64,000 bases of DNA from a virus (taxonomy: Duplodnaviria; Caudoviricetes). The stretch spans positions 92,649-156,648 of the IMG/VR virus record IMGVR_UViG_2595698882_000001. One strand, written 5' to 3'. Of the stretch, positions 31,200 to 40,394 are shown one piece after another; positions within the stretch are counted from its first letter, which is position 1, and the number at the start of each line of letters is the position of its first letter. Under the pieces are notes generated by a model, which was not told the origin of the DNA, did no database searches, and worked only from the letters and a program-made list of their open reading frames with translations. A program made the translations under genes and the position numbers.

Positions 31200-33672
31200 A
31201 TGGAAGGTATTTTAAAGAACCTACAGATAGAGCAGAACTCGGCGTTTTGGAATGAGGCAGACAAGGCAATAGTCAAACTAACGGAGTTCCTAGATCGAGA
31301 ACTCCCAGATAGTGCAAAAGAGGAAGTCATCTTAGTCCTCAGAGAGGTATTAGACGCTATTGAGAGTGTGGTAGACGATGCCTATGATGAAGGTGAAAAG
31401 GCAGGATATTCAGAGGGCTATGAGGAAGGCTACGATATCGCCATATATATGAACGAAGACTAACAGACTAATACAACACAAGGAGAACTTAAATGTCACA
31501 TCCAGTAGCAGTAATCATCGCATGCGCTATAGGAATTGTCCTAGTAAGGGTAACGATGGATATTAGAGAAAAAGCAAATAAGAAAAGGCGGCGTTAAGAT
31601 GAAAAAATCGGGATTTTGGTTATCCATGCCAAACTTAGGTAAGTGGCTTATAGCTCTCTATGTCGGGTTAGGGTTCGGACACGTGGTGTGGGAAGACGTG
31701 GTACAATACTCTATAAAAGAACATCCGGGTTCATCACTCCTAGTCTACGTTAGTGCCATAGGTATTGGCATAATGGGAGCGAAGGACATTATCGAAGTAT
31801 ATGCTAAGTCTAAATACCAAGCAGGCAATGAAGAAAGTAACAGGAGAAAAGGAGAAGATTAAATGAAAAAGAACATAAAGGAGGAAGAGTTAAATGCAAA
31901 GAAAAGAGCAGCTAAATTTTATCCGAGATAGTATTGATGCGTTTGAAGGTCCCTTCACCAAGGCTGAGATGGACACGATCATGGAGGAGGACTTCCTCCA
32001 TCTTAGTGATGAAGAACTAGCAGAGCGGACAGCTTGGTACGAGGAGTTATGGTTAAAATAATCAAGGGGAGGGGCTAAATAGTGCCTAAGTTTGAAGTAA
32101 CATACGAGCATGAGATTGTTAGAACATACAAAGTTACAGTAGAGGCGGACTCGATAGAAGACGCACATAACAAAGTTGACTACCTAGAGTTCGATACCAG
32201 CGATGAGGAGCTTGTAGACGAAGAGGGTTTACGAATAAATGTCACTGATATTGAAGAAGTCGAGGAGGGAGAGTAAGTGGCTAAGAAAAAGCAGAACCTC
32301 GCAGACCAGATAAGCGAGTGGGATAAAGTAATCCAGAAACAGTTTGATGACAAACGGGAAAGAGACCAGCTGCTGGAACCCAGTCGACCAGCCATCCCTC
32401 GTATCGTCAATTCAGCACAGGCTTTAGGTAGGATGGCGCACTACATTCAGATGACCTCCGATATGGCACATGAAGGACTTCTTGCCGCAGATAAAGCGCA
32501 AAGGATTATAGACAACCAGATCAAGCATATGACCAATGAGATGACTTACCTCTCCATGTTTTTGAAAAAGGAGGACGAAGAGTAATGGAGGACCTTTCAA
32601 TTGCTTTATTTATGATCTTCTGTACTCCTCTTGGGTGGGCAGGTATCTTCATCTTTGGATTAGCAGCCAGCTTTGTCATTAAAGCGTGGAGAGGGGTTAA
32701 AAAGTGACTAATACCCTAGACAAGCAGCTCATGTTAAAACGACTTCGTTATGTTGCTGAAAAGCTGCGGGAGTATGAATCAAAACATCCCGAGCAAGAAG
32801 CGTACATTTTAGGCGGACTTCAGGTAGTAACTGACCTCGAATACCAGATTAGAAACGGTCTGTACGATGCTGAGGTCGGGAAGGGGCATCTCATAGGCTG
32901 TCAAACAGGTCGGTTCTCCAGCAGCGAGCCTAACCTAAGTGCAGAACCTAAGAGTGATCCTCTTGTTGTAAACGGACATGTGCTTTATACCAAGGAGGAT
33001 TTTAAAGACATGATCGGAGAGGAACTGGAGAGCAGCTATACTGCACACCTTGTCTTGGATGGTGGTCTCGCTATTTGTAAAATCTGTGGGGAAGGGGAAG
33101 CAGGATTAGACAATCCTTGCAAACCGAAGGAGGACAGTGTATGACAGTATACTACACAATGATGGGGTACTTTCCTGTACTAAGAAGAAAGATGGATGCA
33201 GAGTTTAAGCGGGTAGGATTCAAAAACATCAAGGAGAAACGCTGGTTCCTCAACAAAGTCCTCGGTAAAGCGCCTTACTTAAACAGTATGTCTATTGTGG
33301 AGATGGAGAGGATTATCTCCGAGTTACAAAAGTATGAAGATGTGAGTGAGATTGAGGGTAATGCATAATACAAATGATCCTAGAAGCATGTTCAAAGCAG
33401 TTAGACTACCTCCAAAACAAGAATTTCCATGGGAGATCGGCAGTTTAAAAAGGAAAGGTAAGCGGAGACTATCGTGGTCAGAGGAAAACCCAAGATGGGT
33501 TAATGTCGAAGAGTTCTGGGGCATGCCACTTTATTATGGGGTAGACCTAGAGGATTTTGGAACAGACAACTGGAGTTTATACGGTTGTATAGCAGAAGAC
33601 AAGTCTATCTATGACGATCTCGCTGAATACGTTGAAAAGTATAACAAAATGAAATCGAATAAGCAACCCTAA
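31200..33672 (+). other. cluster of small hypothetical CDS (31200-31463, 31599-31862, 32082-32276, 32277-32585, 32704-33144, 33141-33368, 33361-33672 and shorter ones)
   Basis: packed + strand ORFs with RBS. Confidence 0.55.
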
Positions 33673-33705
33673 TACAGAGGACGAGAAATAAGGGCTTATA
33701 CCAGT

Positions 33706-33736
33706 AAAAACAAGGGTTATCCCCTTGTTTTTTTTA
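33706..33736 (+). terminator. terminator insulating the ParM operon
   Basis: AAAAACAAGGG-TTATC-CCCTTGTTTTTTTT. Confidence 0.75.
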
Positions 33737-33746
33737 TTATGTACAG

Positions 33747-33775
33747 ACATAGGATTCCGCATATGCCCATAAAGT
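33747..33775 (+). promoter_or_regulatory. SigE-like promoter of the ParM-FtsK operon
   Basis: ACATA-N16-CATAAAGT versus B. subtilis SigE consensus ATa-N16-18-cATAcanT; no TTGACA. Confidence 0.55.
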
Positions 33776-33830
33776 ATAATCACAAGGGTATTACAAAGTA
33801 TGCGAAGGAATGACAAAGGAGGAGTTAGGT

Positions 33831-34910
33831 ATGACAAGGTATGCGGGTTTTAATGTAAAAGCGTTGGACGATGGGTACGGGGATGTAAAATTCGACAGCA
33901 CAGGTTCTCCTAATCTTATCCCATCATTCGTCACAAGTTTTAAGGAGAAGCCTAAAAAGGACTTTGGGCAAGACAGCAAGCTACGGTATGTAGCCAGTGA
34001 GATTGACGGAGAAAGATATGTAGTAGGAGACTACGCAATGAAGCTGGACCCAAACATCATCTGGGCTGGAGGGGAAAACAAACACGCTGACAAGAGGTTC
34101 CCGGTCTTATTAAAAACTACCCTTGGGTTAATGAGCTCGGGAAGACATGAAGTAATCGACACACTTATGATGAACCTCCCTATCAGATACGACACAGAGG
34201 AAAGACGGCAGCAGCTTACAGAAGTAGCTCAAGGCACTCATACCGTAGCTTTAAGTAGCGATGGGATGAACTTCATTAAAAGAATGGTCACAGTAAACAA
34301 CGTGGAGATTAAGAAGCAGCCGTTCGGTAGCCTGTGTGATGTGATACTTGATGGTAACGGAGACATCATTGATAAGGACACAGCCAAAGGGTTCAACGTC
34401 ATCGTAGATGTAGGTGCCCGGACACTAAACATCCTCACTGTAGACGCCTTAGAGGAACAGACAGAGCTTTCATTACAAACGAACGATGGGATGTACACCG
34501 CATTCAGTCAGGTAGGTTCCTATCTAGAGAAGGAGCTTGACGTGATCATCCCGGACGGTAAGCTTCCGCAGATCATTAGTCAAAAGGAAATCAAGAACAT
34601 GGATATCACACCGCTTATTAATAGCACATACGAGAATCATGCCAACACAATACTAGCTGTACTAGACAAGGTGCTAGTCAACTCATGGGGTTTTGTTACT
34701 TCCGTCATCTTCACAGGCGGAGGAGCCGGGAAAGAGCTGCTGAGACCGTATATTGAAAAGCGCTTCAACAGAGTACCTTCTATCTTCTTGGACCGTTATT
34801 CGAATGTCAGAGGTCTCCGCAAATATGGAATCCGACAATCGAAAAAGAACCCTAAGAAGGTAAATAACATTAAGATTCAGGTGGGTAATCATGAGTACAG
34901 TCCGAAGTAA
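33831..34910 (+). CDS. ParM/StbA-family actin-like ATPase
   Basis: LDDGYGDVK, IVDVGARTLN, FTGGGA, NVRG actin-fold motifs; AGGAGG RBS before ATG 33831. Confidence 0.88.
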   Translation: MTRYAGFNVKALDDGYGDVKFDSTGSPNLIPSFVTSFKEKPKKDFGQDSKLRYVASEIDGERYVVGDYAMKLDPNIIWAGGENKHADKRFPVLLKTTLGLMSSGRHEVIDTLMMNLPIRYDTEERRQQLTEVAQGTHTVALSSDGMNFIKRMVTVNNVEIKKQPFGSLCDVILDGNGDIIDKDTAKGFNVIVDVGARTLNILTVDALEEQTELSLQTNDGMYTAFSQVGSYLEKELDVIIPDGKLPQIISQKEIKNMDITPLINSTYENHANTILAVLDKVLVNSWGFVTSVIFTGGGAGKELLRPYIEKRFNRVPSIFLDRYSNVRGLRKYGIRQSKKNPKKVNNIKIQVGNHEYSPK

Positions 34911-35199
34911 GAAAAACAACAGACGAACACTTTACCTTAGTGACAGGAAGGATAAGGACATTCTGGAGTATATTGAGCCGCTTATGGATGAACGCTATGA
35001 CTTTTCCTTTGTGATCCGGGAGCTGGTTAGAGATGGGATTAAGTATAGAACCTGCCCGACAGCAGCTCCCGCACCACCTACCCAAGTTGTACCACAGGAA
35101 AATGGCATACAAAGTAATCCTCCTGAGCTGTCCAATATCGTTTTGAAGAAGAAAGAGTTGTCCGATGCAGACATCGAGGATAGGCTAGATAGCTTCTAA
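34891..35199 (+). CDS. ParR-like ribbon-helix-helix adaptor
   Basis: RTLYLS strand followed by two helices (FSFVIRELVRDG), flexible acidic tail; overlaps ParM gene. Confidence 0.65.
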   Translation: MSTVRSKKNNRRTLYLSDRKDKDILEYIEPLMDERYDFSFVIRELVRDGIKYRTCPTAAPAPPTQVVPQENGIQSNPPELSNIVLKKKELSDADIEDRLDSF

Positions 35200-35327
35200 T
35201 TTCCCGCTTCTTTCCCAAAAGCCTTATTTCCGGCGGGAAACGGGAAAAATACAGTAAAAAGCCCGAAAATAGTGTGTTTTTAGAGTGTGGGAATTAAGGA
35301 AATAAGGGAAGAAAGAGGTGAGAAAAG

Positions 35328-35888
35328 GTGGTCAAATACACGATCACTTCACGGTTTCACGCTACAGAGCCATTTAGAGATCATGCGCATAACGGGATAG
35401 ACTTTGCTATGCAGGAAGGGACACCTTTGAAAGCAATCGTTGACGGAGCAATTCGAGTAGCGGACTACGGAAACTCCTCAACAGGAAAAACGGTGTTCAT
35501 AGATGCGGCGGATGGAAGAACCTACATCTATGGACACCTGAAGGATTATTCAGTAAGCGATGGTCAGTCGGTCCATGTGGGTGATATTTTAGGTCATTCA
35601 GGTAATACGGGACACAGCACGGGTCCTCATCTCCACTTCGGTATAAAGGAGCACGGAGAATTTATAGACCCGACACCGTACACTTCACTCATTCAGCATA
35701 TGGATCAGTTAAAAGGGGCAGCTCACGCAACCGTTAACTCTGGCTTGGATGCTCTGGAAATGCTAAACCAAGCGCTGAGCCAGTTTACTCAGACGTTATC
35801 GGAGATGACATTGAACTGCATCAGTCTATTACTCGATAGTCATACAGTACATCTAGTATCCGATATAGTTCTCTCATGGTTATGTTGA
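35328..35888 (+). CDS. M23-family peptidoglycan endopeptidase
   Basis: HNGIDF, YGHL, GNTGHSTGPHLHF. Confidence 0.9.
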   Translation: MVKYTITSRFHATEPFRDHAHNGIDFAMQEGTPLKAIVDGAIRVADYGNSSTGKTVFIDAADGRTYIYGHLKDYSVSDGQSVHVGDILGHSGNTGHSTGPHLHFGIKEHGEFIDPTPYTSLIQHMDQLKGAAHATVNSGLDALEMLNQALSQFTQTLSEMTLNCISLLLDSHTVHLVSDIVLSWLC

Positions 35889-35982
35889 CATTCTGCTTAT
35901 CCTGAATTGTGTGAAGAACCAGATGATCGACATTCTGCATTTGCTTCTCATATCTGGTCAGCGGTTTAGAGTCAAAGAGCAC
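35821..35982 (-). CDS. unannotated 53-aa antisense protein
   Basis: AAAGGAGGT RBS 7 nt before GTG; open to TGA; SigG-like promoter upstream. Confidence 0.65.
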   Translation of the reverse strand: MLFDSKPLTRYEKQMQNVDHLVLHTIQDKQNVNITMRELYRILDVLYDYRVID

Positions 35983-36005
35983 GGTCGCTACCTCCTTTCA
36001 AGAGT

Positions 36006-36034
36006 TAGTATGTCCGGTCGAATTTCAATTATAC
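36006..36034 (-). promoter_or_regulatory. SigG/SigF-like forespore promoter
   Basis: GTATA-N17-CATACTA on minus strand; -10 preceded by GGA. Confidence 0.65.
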
Positions 36035-36048
36035 AGGGGGAATTAAAA

Positions 36049-36249
36049 ATGACGAGTATCTTTTTGGCAGTAGGCGGAGTTGCAGTTGTTTGTTCGGCAG
36101 GGACTGGATTAGCAGCAGCTTTGAAGTGGTTCCATAACTACGAGCCAGACGTGGATAAAAAGAAAAAGACCGTTAGAGAAACACGTAACCCGAACAGAAG
36201 CCGACTAGACGATTTGAGTAAAAAAGTACGTACAGATAATCATCTATAA
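36049..36249 (+). CDS. small single-pass membrane protein
   Basis: GGGGG RBS before ATG 36049; N-terminal TM, basic tail. Confidence 0.65.
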   Translation: MTSIFLAVGGVAVVCSAGTGLAAALKWFHNYEPDVDKKKKTVRETRNPNRSRLDDLSKKVRTDNHL

Positions 36250-36262
36250 GGAGGTAACTGAA

Positions 36263-36814
36263 ATGATTATTACAATGTCATCCAGAGAGCTCAATTCAGC
36301 CGTCAGTTACAAGAGTCCGGTACAGCAGTTTAACCTTAAGGAGAAAGTTGAAGACGATGTGCTTTTTATTGCAAACACCTTACAGAAGGAGGTGATCGAG
36401 GGAACGACCGGACAGCAAAGAAAAAAGATCAAGAAGCTGAAGAAATTGCTGAAAGGATTCGTTGTGGTTATGGGGGCGGGAATACAAGCAACACCCAAAG
36501 CCTTTGCCGCAGCACCTCTAACCGGAGCAACCACGACAGTAGCAGCCAATCAGATAACACCAGCTCTGGTAATGAAATGGGGTCTGAATTTAGCTTTAAT
36601 CTCTGTATCGGTGGGCGTAGCATTGTCGATGACTCTTCTGACGCTAGCCGGGATTTACAGGATGATGAGGAAGCGGAAGGAAGCGGAGGAGTGGAGCGTA
36701 GATGTAATCAAGGGTCTCGTGCAGGTTTTAGTTGCGGTCCCGGTCGTATATCTGCTCTTTTATCTGGCGCAAACGGTATTCAAAAGCTTGCCGATTTTAA
36801 GCGGACTCTTTTAA
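36263..36814 (+). CDS. TrbC/VirB2 pilin-like membrane protein
   Basis: internal KAFAA leader-like site; two hydrophobic helices separated by RKRKEAEEW...IKG. Confidence 0.55.
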   Translation: MIITMSSRELNSAVSYKSPVQQFNLKEKVEDDVLFIANTLQKEVIEGTTGQQRKKIKKLKKLLKGFVVVMGAGIQATPKAFAAAPLTGATTTVAANQITPALVMKWGLNLALISVSVGVALSMTLLTLAGIYRMMRKRKEAEEWSVDVIKGLVQVLVAVPVVYLLFYLAQTVFKSLPILSGLF

Positions 36815-37938
36815 AAGCAGCTACACTGGCACCCGTAGCGGTTCTCTCTTCCGCTGTTGTCTCTTCCATGTCGGCAAAAGCCTACGCACAAGCTACAGAT
36901 GTAAAAGCACCCATCGACCTTCTTCTGCTGGGGCGTAACAAAGATCAAAATATCCTGACAGCTATACCTGAAGTAGTGCAGATGTTCAATACAGCGGTCT
37001 CAAAAGTAAATGAGTTCCTTTCAGACCTCCCGCACAATATCGCTGAAATGTCTGTCCATTTAATGAGCTGGCTGTATGAACTCTGTGCTACGCTTATCCT
37101 GAAGACTCCCTTATGGCTTTTTAATAACGAGTGGTTTGAGAATACCACTTATCTGTTTAGTTTGCTGGCTATCGGTATCGTTTCCGTTCTGACCGTCATT
37201 GAATCGGTAAAGCTCATGCTCAGCAGAGGAAAGAAAAAGAGATCAGGTCCGATGGATTTTAAACTGATCATGCAACGGTGGGGGATTGTAGCAGCGGCAA
37301 TGACTGGAATACCTTTCTGCTTTCAGAAAGCCTTCCAAGGACTGAACAAGATATCAGATGTACTCATCTCAATGGGAGCAAGTACGATGGACGCTATCGC
37401 TCTCCCTACTCATATCTCTGTATGGGATGTGTGCTCGCTGGTGTTATTCGATGTAGTTCTTATTTCTACAATTGTTCCGGTGCTGTGGCAGAATGGCAGA
37501 AGATTTTTTGATGTCATGGTTTTGGGAGTAACAGCTCCGCTGGCACTGACAGCTTGGATATTCGATCCGTACAGACATCTGTTTCAGCAGTGGTGGAATA
37601 ACTTGAAACACTTATCTATGGTGCAGGTTTACTATGCGCTCTTCCTACTGATCCTTGGCTGGTTTATATTTGGCGTACCGACACCCAAGGACGTTGTAGG
37701 GATCGTAGTGAAGATGCTTGTAGTAATCGGCGGGTTCACCAGAATGACTTCTCCACCAAGACTCATTGCTAAACATCTGGATAACGGTGGTGGGCTGGAT
37801 GAAGTGTACGGCGGAGATAAAAATGATACCATTAAAAAAGTTCAACGGAACTTTAAAGATACCGCTAGGATTCTCATGAAGCCATCTTCAGCAGCGCAGA
37901 CCGTTTACAAGCGTGTTAAAGACATGAAGAAAAAATAG
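36577..37938 (+). CDS. TrbL/VirB6-like polytopic membrane protein (start uncertain)
   Basis: several TM segments; RRFFDVMVLGVTAPLALTAWIFDP..F..W resembles VirB6 motif. Confidence 0.6.
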   Translation: MGSEFSFNLCIGGRSIVDDSSDASRDLQDDEEAEGSGGVERRCNQGSRAGFSCGPGRISALLSGANGIQKLADFKRTLLKAATLAPVAVLSSAVVSSMSAKAYAQATDVKAPIDLLLLGRNKDQNILTAIPEVVQMFNTAVSKVNEFLSDLPHNIAEMSVHLMSWLYELCATLILKTPLWLFNNEWFENTTYLFSLLAIGIVSVLTVIESVKLMLSRGKKKRSGPMDFKLIMQRWGIVAAAMTGIPFCFQKAFQGLNKISDVLISMGASTMDAIALPTHISVWDVCSLVLFDVVLISTIVPVLWQNGRRFFDVMVLGVTAPLALTAWIFDPYRHLFQQWWNNLKHLSMVQVYYALFLLILGWFIFGVPTPKDVVGIVVKMLVVIGGFTRMTSPPRLIAKHLDNGGGLDEVYGGDKNDTIKKVQRNFKDTARILMKPSSAAQTVYKRVKDMKKK

Positions 37939-37949
37939 GAGGTAAAGCC

Positions 37950-38069
37950 ATGAGCGCAGGCATGCTTATTCTGATTCTGAATACAACGATGCTGCTAACA
38001 AACGCATTAGTTACATCAGTACAAAGCAGCATTATCATGAAGGCGGTACGTGACGATGTTAAAAGTTAA
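37950..38069 (+). CDS. 39-aa hydrophobic peptide, not in ORF track
   Basis: AGGAGGT RBS; MSAGMLILILNTTMLLTNALV... Confidence 0.6.
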   Translation: MSAGMLILILNTTMLLTNALVTSVQSSIIMKAVRDDVKS

Positions 38070-40287
38070 TCCAAGTTATCAGAACATTTCCAATTACTTT
38101 GTGGAGACGCAGGATGTAAGTACAGGGCTTTCCCAGATCATAAAGGAAGTAACAGATTCTCTGTTTGGAGTAGAGATCGTAATGTCTTCAGGGGTGACCA
38201 CTAAGTTTCTCGTCACTCCTCCTCATGTTCGATTAGGGGAAGATGCCTCAAGCTTTCGAGAATCCTCTGTGAGCGGTTTTACGTTCTATGAAGGGTATTT
38301 ATCTCGTCCACACTTTCTACCACTGTACGGGGCTAATAGGGGGCAATTTTTAAGTGATCTGGAGGACATTGCTTTGTACAATGGAGAGCGGTTGTGTATA
38401 CAGCTGCTCTTTAAGAAAAAGTTCCATTGGAAAGAGAAAGCCTTAGACATGTATGCAAGTTACTTAGAAGGGAACGACTACCCGGCATCATTTAGAATTG
38501 GCAGGTTTATTCAGGAGAAGACATTATCTGTACTGAATAGGGTAGCTTCTTTTGAATCAGTAAACGAGTACGTGCCGGAAGTGGAGGAAAAGCTGCTTAG
38601 TGATGGCTTTCAGTTCCAGATGCGGGTAGCGATGCAATCCGAGCGAGAAGACTACTTAAAGAGCAGGGTCACTCAGATACTGCGGACTTACGATTCCCAT
38701 AATTCTATCCGGTTGTATAAACAAAAGCATAAACAAACCGAGACTCAGTATGAAACTTGCATTATGACATCAGAGACAGGAGACCAGATAATAAGTACAA
38801 AAGAACTCTTCTCCTTACTAGGCAGCCAAAACGTAGTAGCTCCCCAGACGGCACCTGTTTCCCTATCCACACCAACAGTTACGAAAGAAATTATTAAGCT
38901 GCTGCCAGAGCATCACAGAGAGGAAGTCCATGCAGATGAAAGCCTCGTTATGAATATCGCTGAGGCGCTGAAACGGGTAGGGTTGATTAAAGCAGCACGA
39001 GTCTACAATGAATCTGTAACAGCAGGTATTCGGTTAACTGTAGTTCAATGCGACATCCCTAAAGGAAAGAACCTGAGTCATATTGTACAGAAGGGTAAGG
39101 ACATACAGGCAGCACTAGGTGTCCCTTCATTAGGAGTTGAGCAAGGAGATACTGCTGACACAGTTAAGTTTGTCATTCCAAATAACCAATCTGCTATCAT
39201 CAGCCTTAGAGAACTGATTGGCACAGCCAACTTCCAAGAGTACAGTAAGAACAATGAACTAGCCTTTGCTGTAGGTGTGGATGAAGTAAACAACCCAATT
39301 TATTTATCGCTGGCTAAACTGGTTCATCTCATGGTAGCGGGAACTACCGGGAGTGGTAAGTCCGTGTTCCTAAATTCGATGATTACTACACTGCTGGTCA
39401 GTTACCCTCCTGATAGGTTACGGATGACTCTGATTGACCCTAAGCAAGTGGAGCTACAGCAGTACAAGGGATTCCCTCATGTAGACGATGTGGTCACAGA
39501 CATGGGAGGTGCTGCACAAGTATTAGAAGACCTTGTTATGGAGATGGAGAAGCGATACAAAACATTTAAAGATAATGATGTGAAGAACATTACTTTGTAC
39601 AATCAGAAGTCAAGTACACCTATGCCTTATACCGTCTGTGTTATAGACGAGTATGCGGACCTCGTGGACACAAATAAGGAAGCCGAAGAGTATATTGCTC
39701 GCTTAGGGCAGAAAGCACGGGCAGCAGGTATTCACCTAGTCATCGCCACTCAGAGACCGAGTTCGAATATTCTTAGCGGCAGGATCAAAGCAAACATACC
39801 GAACGCCATCAGCTTTAACTTAAACAATAATAACAACTATAGGACTGTTTTCGGGGCAGGAATCGGTTACAAGCTTTTAGGGCGTGGGGATGGAGTAATG
39901 AAGATTGAGGGGTACCCTAAAGAGTTCCAACGCTTCCAGAGTGCTATAATTGCCCCGGATGAGGCGGAGGAGGAGAAAGTATACAAAGCTCTTATTGACT
40001 ACTATGGGGGAGCTGAAGTCTCTCCAGAGGCGGAAGAGGTACCGGAACAGCCGGAACAAGAACCTGAAGTGGAGGATGACCACCTCTACCGACTAAAGCA
40101 AGTGATAGCTACTACAGAGGAAACCAGAGTAGAACCACTTAGGAAAGCATTAGGTGTGAAGACTGCAAAGATGAAGGAACTCATGGGTAAATTAGTGGAA
40201 GAGGGCTGGCTTGTTAAGCATAAGGAGCGGTCTAAAGGTTACGAGCTGGTCTGTCCTGAGTCAATTTTATCAGAGTGGAGAGAATAA
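38050..40287 (+). CDS. FtsK/SpoIIIE-family DNA translocase without obvious N-terminal TM domain
   Basis: GTTGSGKS, IDPKQVEL, VIDEYADL, KARAAGIHLVIATQRP, LLGRGD; C-terminal winged-helix-like domain. Confidence 0.92.
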   Translation: MTMLKVNPSYQNISNYFVETQDVSTGLSQIIKEVTDSLFGVEIVMSSGVTTKFLVTPPHVRLGEDASSFRESSVSGFTFYEGYLSRPHFLPLYGANRGQFLSDLEDIALYNGERLCIQLLFKKKFHWKEKALDMYASYLEGNDYPASFRIGRFIQEKTLSVLNRVASFESVNEYVPEVEEKLLSDGFQFQMRVAMQSEREDYLKSRVTQILRTYDSHNSIRLYKQKHKQTETQYETCIMTSETGDQIISTKELFSLLGSQNVVAPQTAPVSLSTPTVTKEIIKLLPEHHREEVHADESLVMNIAEALKRVGLIKAARVYNESVTAGIRLTVVQCDIPKGKNLSHIVQKGKDIQAALGVPSLGVEQGDTADTVKFVIPNNQSAIISLRELIGTANFQEYSKNNELAFAVGVDEVNNPIYLSLAKLVHLMVAGTTGSGKSVFLNSMITTLLVSYPPDRLRMTLIDPKQVELQQYKGFPHVDDVVTDMGGAAQVLEDLVMEMEKRYKTFKDNDVKNITLYNQKSSTPMPYTVCVIDEYADLVDTNKEAEEYIARLGQKARAAGIHLVIATQRPSSNILSGRIKANIPNAISFNLNNNNNYRTVFGAGIGYKLLGRGDGVMKIEGYPKEFQRFQSAIIAPDEAEEEKVYKALIDYYGGAEVSPEAEEVPEQPEQEPEVEDDHLYRLKQVIATTEETRVEPLRKALGVKTAKMKELMGKLVEEGWLVKHKERSKGYELVCPESILSEWRE

Positions 40288-40394
40288 AATTGAATTATTT
40301 TGCATAAAGGGGTTGACTTTCAGTCAGCTCCTTTTTATACTGTGTATAGAAGCTGTAACGAAGACTATAAAATACAGGTTAAGGAGAGATTGCA

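Noticed and set aside
33891-33897. Perfect Spo0A box TTCGACA near the ParM start
   Set aside because: A 7-mer expected several times by chance in 64 kb, and inside a CDS
35911-36048. N-terminal extension of ORF 35911-36249
   Set aside because: The RBS supports ATG 36049; the upstream part is occupied by the minus-strand gene and its promoter
38834-38847. Extra partial copies of the 15-bp repeat (also 50966, 60589, 60604)
   Set aside because: Only the TAGTAGCTC core matches; located in CDS or within a hairpin, so not counted
33831-40287. Integrated plasmid or ICE
   Set aside because: No integrase, relaxase, VirB4, rep gene or flanking att repeats seen
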